From contig NW_005434557.1 in NCBI RefSeq assembly GCF_000315625.1, positions 134,386 through 198,385 of the forward strand: a stretch of DNA of 64,000 bases. Reading direction: 5' to 3'. A program made the position numbers and the translations under genes. Below the pieces are notes generated by a model. It worked only from the letters and a program-made list of their open reading frames with translations, searched no databases and was not told the origin of the DNA. How positions within the stretch are numbered: the stretch's first letter is position 1; every line of letters starts with the position of its first letter. The DNA comes from Guillardia theta CCMP2712 (taxonomy: Eukaryota > Protista > Cryptophyta). Positions 22,984 to 35,047 of this stretch are shown piece after piece.

Positions 22984-25559
22984 ATGCGACCTTCCTCGCC
23001 CCCTCGCTCCTTGCTGCACTTTGTGCTCGGGGTTGCGGTGGTGGCTGCGGCGGCGGAGAGGATACCATGCAGGGAGGAGCCGCTTCCTCCCCTCGTCGCT
23101 TGCCCTCAAGGCCAATCATGTCCCTTCGAACAAGTGCATATCTCCATAGGGCGATGGCAGGCGGGCGCGGGCTGGGAGATGACGGTGACATGGACGTCTC
23201 AGGTGGCGACAAGACCAGAGCGGAGAGCCACTGAGTGACTGATGCCTCTGACTCGCGTCTGCAGGCGCTTGCGGCCGGTCAAGTACCGTCTGTGAGAGTG
23301 TCGGAGCGCAAGGAAACTCTCACCGGTGAACCTCCTCCTTCTCCTCCTCCTCCTCCTCCTCCTCTTCCTCGTAGCTTCTCCTTGCTACTCCTAGTTACTC
23401 ATCTTCTTGCCTCCTCCTCGTTGCTCCTCCTCATAGCACCGCAGCGCCATCGGGATGCGTCGCTGATTTTGTGGGGGAGACGACCAATTACACATACACT
23501 TCATCGGGAGGTGAGGAGACTCGTCAGCCTGCTCTGCATCTCATGCCCCACTCAGGCCCATTCTACTCTCCTTCCACCAAGTTCTACGTCTCTCCCTCCA
23601 TCCATCATGTCGTCATAGGAAAGCTCCGCCCCTCCAAGTTCTACCACTATCAGGTTGAGCCCCATCTTCGTTCCTGTCTGCCTCAGCTCCTCCTCACGTG
23701 CCGTCGGTCAGGTTGGCGTCAAGCAGCGCAAGGCCATTGCAGCAGGTCGCGCGCCCTCACTCCTGGCGTGACTGGGCTGAACTCATGGCAGGGAACGACC
23801 AATATAGAGACACGGTCTTTCGTTTCAGGACTCCTCCTGCTCCAGGACAAGCCCCCAGGTTTGTCATCCTTGCTTCCGTTGCTCCTCTTGCTTCCTTTTC
23901 TTCTGCTCCCGTGGCGTGTTGTGCATGCCGCTGATGGAAGATGCCAGCGCTCAGCTTACTGGATCCGAGGTAATGAAGATAGTCGTCATCGGCGACCTCG
24001 GGCAGACCATTCACAGCCAGGTGAAGACGAGCAGGAGAGGGAGGGAGGGAGGGAGGGAGGGAGAGGAGAAGCGAGGGAGAGGAGAAGCGAGGGAAGGGAG
24101 AGGGAGGGATCGGAAGCTGAGGAGGAGGAAAAGGAGAGAGGAAACAGGGAGGGAAGGAGGGAGGGAGGGAAGAGAGAAGGAGGGAGAGGGAGGGAGGGAG
24201 GAGCTCCTGACTCGCTGGGTATTGCAGCATACCATGGAGAAGGTGGAAAGCAGCTTGAGAGCATCTGAGAATTCCTACGCCATGAGCTGGATCATCGGAG
24301 ACCTTCCTTATGCTGACGGCGACGGGCACAGATGGGACCCGTGGGGGAGGATGATGGAGCCAGCGTCCGCAAGGTCGATCCGCCTCCTCCTTTCGCGTTC
24401 TTCCTCTCCCTGACTTGCTGCTAGTCTGCCACTCATGGTCCTTCCGGGCAATCACGAGATCGAGCTCGACGCGCAGACGGCAGAGGTGAGGAAGAGGAAG
24501 AGGAGGAGGAGGAGGAGGAGGAGAGAGGGGAGGGGGTTGAGGAGGAGGAGGTTGTTTTCTGCGCCTGAAGCCTCTGCAGACCTTCACAGCGTATCGTCAC
24601 AGATTCAGAATGCCCAGCCAGCTGCCGGAGAGGACGGGGCCAGCACGGGGCAACGACATCCTGTACGAGGGAGGAGCAAGCTTTTACAGCTTTGAGCTGG
24701 GCCTCGTCCACTTTGTCTGCTTGAACACCTACAACACTCGGGGAGCGATGCATGACGTCTCCTCGGATGTGCAGCGGAAGTGGCTGGAGGAGGATCTCAA
24801 GGCGGTTGACAGGAGGAAGACGCCGTTCGTGGTTGTCGGGATGCACGCGCCCTTCTACAACAGCAACAGGAACCACCAAGGGGAAGCTGAGACCGAGCTG
24901 ATGAAGAGCTGGGCAGAGCAGATCCTGAACCGCTACTCGGTGGATGTTGTGTTCGCCGGGCATGTGCACTCGTACGAGCGGAACTGGGGGGTGGCGACGG
25001 GAGGGAAACTTTCGTCCTCAGCTCCCTCCTACATCAACGTGGGAGACGGAGGGAACCACGAGGGCCTCTACGACGATTGGCTGCCGCAGCCTCCATACTC
25101 GGCCTACCGCAACGGCAAGTTCTTCGGGCACGGCGAGCTGTCTGTCTTCAATGCCTCGCACATGCGGTGGACTTGGATCCCCAACCCGAAGCAGGGAGAG
25201 CAGGAGGAGGACAGCGTGTGGATCGTCCGACCCGTCAGCAGCGGGAGCAAGCAGCAGCAGCAGCAGGATACCATCCTGACCAGCGGAGAGGAGGGAAGAA
25301 ACCCGCCTAGCCCCATGTCAGCCGCTCTCCCCCTCACCCTCCTTGGATTCGTCCTCGGTGCTTTCGCGTACGTCATCAGCAAGAGGGTGACGAGGGAGGA
25401 AAGGGGAGGAGGGTCTTCCTATGAAGTGTCAAGCGCCCCGCTGCTCAAGCAGGTACCTTCATATCCCTTCCCTCCTTTCTTAACCCCCCTTTACCCTTCC
25501 CCTCACCCACCCCCTTTGCCTCCTAGGGGTCCCTGAGATCTTTCGCAGTCTCCAGCTGA
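22984..25559 (+). CDS. Purple acid phosphatase with signal peptide and C-terminal TM helix
   Basis: EQVHISI, metal-ligand motifs GDLG, GDLPYADG, GNHE, VGMHAPFY and GHVHSYER. Hydrophobic LPLTLLGFVLGAFAYVI near the C-terminus. Confidence 0.93.
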
Positions 25560-25821
25560 TATCGAGGTGAAGGCAGAGAGCTCAAGCACTCGTCTCATGC
25601 ACGATCACACCTACGTGAGTCGAACTTTCCTGACCCCCCCCCACCCTCCCCACTCTCATCCAGCTCCTCCTCTCCTCCCCTGCCTCACTCCTGCGGTGCT
25701 GCAGGCATGAGCGTGTTGTAGCTGGCGGGACTTCAAGAAGAGACTCTCACGCTTCACTTCACTGCAACTTCTCCGTTTCTCTCCCCACGTCCACAGGCCT
25801 CCGGGCAACGGGCCAACCCCT

Positions 25822-25884
25822 AGAGGGTCTCGGGCGACAGCCAGTCCAAGGACTTTTGCGCTTGTCGCCGTCATGGCCTCCCGC
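25822..25884 (-). promoter_or_regulatory. Eukaryotic type II SECIS element in 3' UTR of the DsbA/FrnE gene
   Basis: Minus strand reads AUGA-C-GGCGACAAGCGC-AAAA-GUCC-UU-GGAC-UG-GCUGUCGCC-C-GA-G: AUGA/GA core, GGCGAC/GUCGCC stem, unpaired AAAA and apical ministem. Confidence 0.88.
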
Positions 25885-25944
25885 AGCCATCGCGCCATTT
25901 AGACAAGGGGGAGGAGGAGGAGGAGGAGGAGGAGGAGGAGGAAA

Positions 25945-27430
25945 CTAGTCTAGAACCTCGCGGAACACCTGCTCGAAGACCTCCGGAGGCTGGGCGCCTG
26001 AGAGTCCCTCCTGCATGTCTGTAAGGAGGAGGAGAGGGTTGAGCTCGTTCGCACCTCTCCATTGATGATGAAGAAGGGAACACCAGAGACGCTGCGGCCG
26101 AACTTCTTCTTCTCGGCCTCAACCTGATCACTGTGAGAATAAGAGCAGAAGAGGGGGAGGGAGAGAGGGGAGGGGGAGAGGGAAGTAGCGACAGGAGTCG
26201 TGTTGGAGGAAATCACAGTGAAGAGATTGAGGCATCAGCAGCACCTCCTTGGCGAAGGCCTGCGGGTTGGAGATAACGCCCGCTGCCTCCTGGTGCTCCT
26301 GTTAGCCCCGCTGTCCTTCCCTCTTCCTCTCCGTCCCCTAAGTTTCCTCCTCTACCTGTCGATCGAGACCGACTTTCTCCGCCGCCTGCCACAGCTTGTC
26401 ACATGCTGAGGAAAAGGGTGGGGAGGGAAGGAAGGAAGGACCTGCTCCAGGACCTGAGGGTCTCCAATGTACTTCTCCTGCGAGAAGTAGTTCCTAACGC
26501 TTCATGTCAGCTCCTCCCCAGTCACCTCCCTCCACCCACATGAAGAGCTCTTCCATCAGCTCGTCCTGCTTCCCCTTGGTCCCCGCCCAATAGATCAGCC
26601 GGTGAGCTAAGAGAAGCGCGTCAGCTCGCCCCCCCCCCTCCCCTGCCTCCCTCCTCCTCTTCTCACAGTCGAAGGTGTTTCCCGTCATCCCACCCATGCT
26701 GAACTTCACGCCGACGCTGCATCGCAACCCGTGAGGTCACAGGACGAGGGCGGACAAGGTTGGCTCACTTGTCGAAAGCCTGGGTGAGCCGGGGCATCTG
26801 CCATCCGGTCAGTCTCCTCCTCGTCAAGTCGCACGAGTGACCATCATGCGAACTCTGTCGGCCCCGAACTTCTCGTGGTACATCTCAAGCTTGTTCCGAC
26901 CCTCCTTTGGAGCCTCAGGTTGAAGCTGGAAGGGTCTGGTGGCGAACAGGTCAGGGAGGGACAGGGAAGCATTGAGCTGCTCACCGCCAGTTCACTTCGA
27001 ACTGAACTTGTGGGAATTTCTTCATCGCCTGCTCCAGGTGACGCTTTCCCACGAAACACCTGGAGGGGGGGGTAAGGGGCGACGAGGCTAGACGGGCCTC
27101 ACCATGGTCAAATGGTGTCAGACACGATGTCAACAACAATGCGCTTGGCGGCAGACATGTCAGCAGCTCCTCCGCCTGGCAAGTCGATCCATGAACACAA
27201 ACACATCAGTGATCAGACATGTACTCACGTAGGTGCAACGCAGAAACAGTGGTGGGGCAATGTCGCTGAGGGGAAGCAACTAGTGCTGAAAGGCGCTTCG
27301 CATGCATGAGACAAGAGAGTCGGCGCGATTGCAAGGAAGGCGCAAAGGAGGATGATACTGCATGAGCACTGGTGATCAAAGCAAACAATCCAACACTGGG
27401 GAGGAGGCGCTTGCTGTGGAGCCGGAACAT
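25945..27430 (-). CDS. DsbA/FrnE-family thiol-disulfide oxidoreductase; selenoprotein (UPWC) with bipartite targeting presequence
   Basis: Spliced IVVDIVSDTI-[TGA 27108-27110]-PW|CFVGKRHLEQA...NWRPFQLQP...GNTFDSHRLIYWA...VSGVPFFIING...SGAQPPEVF. SECIS downstream. Exon 1 (27229-27430) encodes signal plus SSSFAP transit peptide. Confidence 0.92.
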
Positions 27431-28555
27431 GCTCAAGATGCCTCCGGTGACTGACAAGCTTGACAAGAGGAGAACTTCTGATGAAAAAGCGAACATCACA
27501 AGCATTTCAAGATCAGAGCGGGGTAACGGAATCATGAAGCATGTGAGAGTGGTTTGTAAAGCAGCATATTATGAGACCAGCAGATGAGAAGTGCATACAA
27601 AAGTTCACCCTTGAGTACCTCCCACTTCCTCCTCTGGTAATCGAACTGTGCGCCATATCCCTTGACCCTACTTCCTCCTTAGTCTCAACCCATTACTCTG
27701 TACGTCTTCTACTCACAACTGCTTTTGTCCTTCGCCTGGAGCATCATTCTCTCCTATGTTGTTCTTGTCAACCCTTCTCCCAGAACTCTCACGTCCATCA
27801 GTCTCTAGGAACCCATCACTTCTTTTCATATCATGGCATTCAGCTGTTTTCTTTGAATTTCTTGTTGAATACTATTCCACAACTTCCCTACGATCCACTT
27901 CTTCGACACTTCCTCATACCTGATTCTGCGCCCATTACACCTCATCCCAACCCTTGCCTTGGTGCCTTTGTCTTTCTACCTGCCTTCCTGCTTGTCTTCC
28001 TACCTGACGTCCTCCCTCCCTCCCTCCCTCCCTCCCTCCCTTCCTCCCTCCCTCCCTCCCTCCCTCCCTCACTCCCTCTCTCAGTCTTGGCACAAGATCA
28101 TGGGACAGTATGCACCACCCCACCCCTGCAATTTAATACCCCCTCTACCCTACCCAATACGCTCAATGCCCCTATCCCCTTGAAATTCAGTTGTAAGGGG
28201 GGGTGATGAAACTAAAAGATAGGATGAGGAGGGTGGGGGTACGTCTGTCATTCGTGAAAGGGAGTGGGGTGAAAGAGGCAAAGTTCGAAAAGGGGTGGTG
28301 GGGGTGAAAAGGTACCCCTTCATTACTCTGATAAATACCTGGTTTTATAGGGGTACTTCCATGTTTTTGCTATCTGGGGGTGGGTGGGTCCGCGGTTCAT
28401 CAATTGATGCGGGGAGGTGCATCGATTGAAGCGGATCTGAAAGGAGGGGTCATTATGACCTCAAAAAGAGGGGTAGGGGTGAAAATCTCCAGTCACAGAC
28501 TCTCTTGATGGCGATGGTGATAGCGATGGCTGCGCAGGAATAGTATCAGGAAATA

Positions 28556-28787
28556 GAGAGTCAAGGAGATGATAGTAGAGTCAAGGAGATGATAGTAGAG
28601 TCAAGGAGATGATAGTAGAGTCAAGGAGATGATAGTAGAGTCAAGGAGAGGATAGTAGAGTCAAGGAGATGATAGTAGAGTACACAAGGAGATGATAGTA
28701 GAGTCAAGGAGATGATAGTAGAGTCAAGGAGATGATAGTAGAGGCAAGGATATGATAGTAGAGTCAAGGAGATGATAGTAGAGTCAA
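28556..28787. repeat. 20-bp minisatellite GATAGTAGAGTCAAGGAGAT, about 11-12 copies
   Basis: Tandem units with few variants and no spacers. Confidence 0.95.
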
Positions 28788-28799
28788 CGAGTATCCTTG

Positions 28800-29402
28800 A
28801 TATGGTTCCTCGACCCGTCCAGGTCCTAGTCCCGGGCCCTAGCCTGAAGGTTTCCTGAGAAACGGTCATAGGCTGGGCATGAGAAGGCCATCGATCTCCT
28901 TCCAACGCTCTCTGTCAAGGCGATCAAGCTGCTCCCTTGGTCTTGACAGATCCCTTCGGAGCTCCCTATAACCTTCTGTTCTCGAGGCTGTCCCGTGTCT
29001 TCCTCATATGGCCTCCCTGAGCAGAACAAATCTGATAGTACTGTCTTCCCTGATCAGACCCCTTGGCAAGGCCAGCTCTTCGAACGTGTAAGGGTTGAAG
29101 ATGAACCTGGGCTCCCCACTGCCGTCCAGGATCTGCAGCGACCCGACACACCAGAAGGCCTGCTGCTTGATGCCCTCGTTCCTCTGCGCCGTGCTGATCT
29201 GGTGGGCGTAGTCCCCGCAGGCGCATCGGTAGATCGTGTTTGTCGTCACATCCGGCAGCTTGCAGTGCTTCTGGTCCAGGTCTGCAGGACGTCCATGAAT
29301 CCGCACCTCACCCCGGACGCATAGGCCAGCATCGCATCGACCGAATGACTTAGTATCGTGACAGGCGACAGCTCCAGACCGAACCGTTCTGCGTACGGTC
29401 AC
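28800..29402 (-). pseudogene. Fragment of an unknown Cys-rich protein
   Basis: Coding-like GC3 bias. CKLPDVTTNTIYRCACGDYAHQI...AFWCVGSLQILDGSGEPRFIFNPYTFEEL. No clear start, and the frame breaks down toward the minisatellite. Confidence 0.4.
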
Positions 29403-29673
29403 CGTATCCTACCCGCGGGTCAGGCTTGCCGGCCGGTCAAGCAGCGGCAGACCATGCTGAGCCCCCGCGGGGTAGAGCCGCAAGCACGCGCGGCCTGCGG
29501 CAGCCTCCGTCAGCACCGGGCCCGGGGATCACCGGGCGAGGCCGGCCGGGCTAGTCACGGTCGCACTGAGGACTTCGCAGCTTTAAGTTTACTCAGTAAA
29601 AGATTCACCCACACGTGCCGGCACCGCCTCCTCCGCCTACCCAGGAGACCCTGAGTCAACCGCAGTCAACCCG

Positions 29674-31944
29674 CTAGTCCACTGAGTCACTACCGCTCCT
29701 CATCTCACCCTGTTGCTCCTCCCGCCTGCTCGCACTGCTGGCCTTCGTGCCGAACGTTGTCTTGTCCTTGTCGAGGTATGGCTTCTTCAACGATCGCCAG
29801 ATGTCGAACCCATCATACTCCTCGAACTCCTCCACGTCTCCTGCCGCAGCGGCTGTCGGTGTGCGGACCGATACTAGGGGAGAAGGAGGAGGATGAGGAA
29901 AAGAGCAGGAAGGTGAAGATAGTCGTGAGTAGGAGGAGCAGGAGCAGGAGCAGGACGGGTTAAGAGGGTGAAGAGAAGGAGTAGAAACCTATGTGATCCA
30001 GCCGGACATAGGTGTCGCATCCATGACCCTGCACCAGCATGACGGGATAGCCCGGCAGACAAGCCTCCCGTCTCCTGTCCTCCACCTCACCTCGACTGAA
30101 TAGAGTTTCACGTCTCCTCCGAAGTACTGTACACCGTCAGCGACTCTCAGGTGCCTCCAACTCTGCACCTGAGCATAGAGGCGAGAAACAGGAAGGCCGA
30201 AGCCCAGCCCTGCCATGGGCGAAGTCTCGAGCACAGCTCGATCCACCTGAGCCAGGCCAACCACTATCAGCCCTCCTCTCAACAGGCATCGGCAACTCCA
30301 CCATTCCCAGCCCTGCCGTGTCGAACTCGTCGTCGAGCCGATTCTCCTGGTTGCAAGTGCTGCGGGCGCGGCTGAGCAACTTGCTACCGAGAGGTCACGC
30401 GACGCCCACCTGAACCCGAAGTCGAAGATCTTGTTGACGAACTCGCGCGGCACTCCTCCCCCCTCATCCGAGATCCTGATCGTCATGTCCGACGGCCCTC
30501 GCGCGAGCAAGAACTGCCTCCGGCTCACACGGCGAGCGCAGGAAAGCATGTCACCTTGATGGGCGGCAGCCCGTCCTTGTTCATCAGGTGGCGCTCGCAG
30601 ACGGCTCGCATCGCGTTCTTGAGGAGCTCAAAGATGATGTACTCGAGGTGCGTCGGGATGTAGCTGGCGGGACTTCAGCCATGGCCAGGGAGCGGGTCGG
30701 TCGCACCTGCAGAGGATGGAAGTGTCTCCCTCGACAACGTACTTCGGAGAGATGCCGTAGGTCCTGCAAGCGATCTTGAGCCCCGGGGGTCTCGATGCTG
30801 CGCACGAGACCTCTGGCAGATGTTCTGTGCCTCTGGAGCAACGTGCTCGAGGACCTTGAGGGGAGAGAGCTCCTTGCAGATCACCCCGACGTAGCCTGTC
30901 ACGTGTGGTCCTCACGTGACTCGAAGGGGGAAGGGTTGGATGCTCACCAGGCTGATGGTGGTGTAGGGCGATGAACTGTTCCGCGATCACTCGGCGACTT
31001 ATCCGGCTCTGACACCCAGGATAGTCAACTCGTGCTCACATGGAGCGAGAGCGGGAGCAACCATGATCATGTCTGCAAGGAATTTGTTGCAATTCAGTCG
31101 CTCTGTGCTCACTCGCAAGCTCGCCTCGTAGATTCCTCTGCACAACGTCATGAGTTCAGCTATGCATCAATTCAACATCAAAAGCTGACGCCGTCACCTT
31201 GCTAGAAGCGGAACAACCTGCACGCCCTCTTGAACCAACTCCTTCAACAGCAGCACGAATTGCTCATCCTGACATGGTCAAATCACGCGCAACCCATTTC
31301 GTGCTCCCTCAGTACCTGGTTAATATTCACGACTTTTGGGAAATCCACAAGCTTTGCAAACGCGCGGTGGTATATCGCATGGACACTCTGAACCAGCAAG
31401 CCAACAAGGGTCAATCATACAGGTTGCCCAGTGGCTCCTGCTTGCCTGAATGTGCGGATTCTCAACAACAATGTATGGCAGGGTTTGTATGTCCAACAAC
31501 CTTCTTGCCAACCTGATACAGAGCTCCCTAGTGTCCAGGATCACAAGACATTCGAAGTGGTAATAGGAACCTCTGAACGTGCTGGGCGATAGCGATCAGC
31601 CTCTCGTTATTCACTTTGTGCCCGGACGACATGAGCTCGTGTATGGTCAACCTAAGAGAGGGACACGAGGCCTCATCTCCGCAGCCTCAGCACGACAGCA
31701 GCAAGGTCACCGGTGAATGGGAAGCTCAGCATACTTCTGGATCGTTTGGTCGTAGAAATTCAACCGGATCCTATCGACACTCTCAGCACAACAACGGCCA
31801 TAGTGCTCGCTACCTGTCCGAGAAGGCCCTCCTACCATCCCTCTTCCTCGGCTGGTTCCGCTGCCATCCACAGACGTGCGGGTACGGGGCGTTATCGCAA
31901 GGAAGCGCCCTCGAGCAGCTCCAACCAAGGCGCTGGAGTTTCAT
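29674..31944 (-). CDS. Mitochondrial pyruvate dehydrogenase kinase / BCKD kinase family (multi-exon)
   Basis: [49 protein letters not shown] (N box), [11 protein letters not shown] (G1), [21 protein letters not shown] (G2). Confidence 0.93.
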
Positions 31945-32221
31945 AGCGCGTGAAAGAGCCCTAGGTATCAGCTCGTGCCAGCAGTTGAGCTCAACAAGTC
32001 ATCTCGCCCTCCCAAATCTCATCACCTGCATGGTTGTCATCCTAGTCATCGCATCCCCACCCTTCCTCGCTACTCCGATATCCTTTCTCTGGGTTCCTCC
32101 ACCTCCCCTTCCACTTCACCTTTTTCTAACTCAGCCCAATCGCTCATCTTTTCTTGTCCTCCCAAATTTCATTTCTCACCCTCACGCTATTATCTCTTCC
32201 TCAATCTCGTGCCCTTCCTTT

Positions 32222-32646
32222 CCCTCCTCCTCCTCTCATCTCGCACAGCAAGACAGTCCACCGCCATCATGGCTGTTGACCTTCTCTCCTCGTGCTACAT
32301 GTTGCATCCCTGGTAGGAGCGAGCAAGAGTGAAATCTCTTGCTCACTGTAGCAAATAAGATGCTCAAACACACACACACACATACACATACAGCTCCTCG
32401 TTTCTTGCTCTTGTCGACATCATAGCAATGCTGCTGTCCTGATCTACATTCTCTTCCCCCCTCCCTCGCTCAATGTGCGCTATTACACACGTAAACCTCT
32501 ATACCCTCCTCCTCCTCTCATCTCGCACAGCAAGACAGTCCACCGCCATCATGGCTGTTGACCTTCTCTCCCCGTGCTGCATGTTGCATCCCTGGTAGGA
32601 GCGAGCAAGAGTGTAATCTCTTGCTCACTGTAGCAAATAAGATGCT

Positions 32647-32702
<56 letters not shown>

Positions 32703-32788
32703 GCTTCTCGTCCTCGTCTACTTTCTCCTCTCTCTTGTCAACATCATAGCAATGCTGCTGTCCTGATCTACATTCTCTTCCCCCCTCC
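32222..32788. repeat. Tandem duplication, two copies of about 245-285 bp (32222-32465 and 32503-32788) containing (CA)n
   Basis: Near-identical ccctcctcctcctctcatctcgcacagcaagacag...ctacattctcttccccc. Confidence 0.92.
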
Positions 32789-33189
32789 TTTCCTCTCCAT
32801 CTCTCCCTCTCCCTGGGCGCAAACCTGCATTTCGATACGACCAGAATACTTCGTTTACACCCTACCCCCTCCTTTTCATGTCTACCCCATCATGCACCTC
32901 TTGTGACCCGACCAAAAGCATTAAAATGTACCCCACCCATAAGTACCCTACCTACCCCACAAACCATGTTACGATCCTTTCGAGTTGCAATTTATTTCCT
33001 CCACCGACACCGCAACCAACTCCTCCCCCCACCCCCCCCCCTTCCTTCCCCCCCCGCTCCTCCTCCTCCTCCAGCTCTTCTCCCTCCTCCTTCTCCCTTG
33101 ACTTTCCCACTCATCTAGTCCTTAAGGGTCTCTTGCATCTGATCGTCAAGCCCTTTGAGCGCTGAGCTCGCTCGCTCTAGCAAACTCAC

Positions 33190-35047
33190 TCGTTCTTGTT
33201 TTTCCTGCACGCCATGTCAGACTCGACTCAAGGCCGACACTAGATGAGGGAGGGGACAACACTTGTTGTAGGCGCAGGTAGGAACGAAGCATTGAGTGTC
33301 ACTAACCCGCTCTTGCCCTTGGTAGAAGCAGACGTATACAAGTATACCTGATGAAACGGGCAAAGTAAAACAAGTCACAATGAGTGGAAGAAGGAAGGAG
33401 GGAGGAGGGAGGAGGGAGGAGGGAGGAGGGATGATTTAGGCAAGCGACTCACTTGGAGCAACGTGGCCACCGCAAACCAGCCCGCAGCTACTCCGAATAC
33501 CTTCAAGACAATGTGAGCCTGAATGGAGGAGGAGGAGGAGGAGGAGGAGGAGGAGGAGGAGGAGGAGGAGGAGCCCTCACCATCCATGGAGGCAGCAGAT
33601 CGCCGCATCGCGCTCCGGTGACAACCAAGATATTCAAGGGGATGCGGAAGATGTTCATGACAGAGGCCTGCGAGCTGTCAGAACAGCTGCCGCTGGGGAG
33701 AGAGGTGGTGTGCCTGCAGGGAGTCTGGCAAGAAGTGCGATCTCATCGTTGCAAGCGCGCCGAACGAGGCACCGACGCAGGCCTCAAGGAGGAGGAAGGA
33801 GGTCAAGACCTGGTCAGAGGGGCTCATCAGGGGGCCCGAGAAGGGGGGAAGGGATAGAGTAGGGCGGCTCTCACCACGAAGAAATCCTTGACGAAGATGG
33901 GGACGAGCATAGACAAGGAGGCGAGAGCGAAGATGAAGACGCATCCTCTCTCCACGCTCATGACCTTGATCATCCCCTCGAACGTCTGCCCCCCCAGCGA
34001 GATGCACACCATCATGGACGAGAAGATCCAGCCCTGTCCCTGCGAGAACGCTGCGAAGTCCATCTTTCCCTTCTCGCCCCCAGGCACCATCCCGGCCAGG
34101 GTGGGCACCCACATGATGACGAAGGTGTACATGGCTCCCTCGAAGAAGGACTGGATCAGCCCCAGCAGCAGGATCCTCTTGTCGTTGACGATGCACATCC
34201 AGGCGTCCTTGAACATGTGCTGGTCGTCGTCCTTGCCGTCTCCCGTCCTCTCGCGACCCCCATAGTTCTCCGGCCAAAAGCAGACGAAGACGAGCACGAG
34301 GGCTGTGAGGAAGATGGCGAGCTGGAAGGGCCCGATGTTCCCGAAGTTATCCGCCGACACTTGAGCGAGCACTCCTGCCAGGACCGCCATGATGCCGTTC
34401 CCGACCTGAGCAATGGCGAACGTCTGCGCGATGTCGTCCTCAGGGAACCCGCGCTTTCTGTGCTCGCTCACCATCCAGCTCTCGAAGGCACTGAACAGCA
34501 GGGACGTTGACATGCCTCCCAGGACCCTCCCGACGATGAGCAGGGTGGTGTCATTGAAGTGCTCCAGCACGTTGATGACGAGCTCCAGCACGCAAAAGGC
34601 AATGCAGCCCAGCCTCCTCCCGTACTTGTCCACGTAGAGTCCCAGGAACGTGCCGAAGACGGCCGAGGAGGTGAAGCCAATCGCGTAAAGTGTCCCCACA
34701 GGTTGATTGTACTCTGTGTACAGAGTGTACATGTGCGTGCCCTGCAGCCAATCTGCCAGCATCGTCAACAAATAGACGACCAGCCATTGGCGCTGGAAGG
34801 CTTTGAAGTCTTTCGATGATGCTTTGCTCCTTTTTTCTTTCTTCGCTTTCGGGTCTTGTTTCTTCTCAATCCTGCTCTCAACAAAGAAGACCACAGCCCA
34901 CAAAGCCAAGCAAGCCAGGAACGGTTCTACAGCCCAGGCAGGCCACTTCCTGTGCAGCCATGAGAGCATGAAAGTAACATCGCCATCAGCCTTGGCCTTG
35001 GAAGCAGTGCTCAGCATGAAGCCCACGATGGCAGGGGCAAGCCGCAT
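33190..35047 (-). CDS. MFSD5/MOT2-like molybdate-anion transporter (MFS)
   Basis: FQRQWLVVYLLTMLADWLQGTHMYTLY, GRVLGGMSTSLLFSAFESWMVSEH, QSFFEGAMYTFVIMWVP, VMNIFRIPLN. 3' end approximate. Confidence 0.92.

Noticed and set aside
27108-27110. DsbA gene as a pseudogene with a premature stop
   Set aside because: The stop falls exactly on the redox Cys position, the rest of the frame is intact and a SECIS is present
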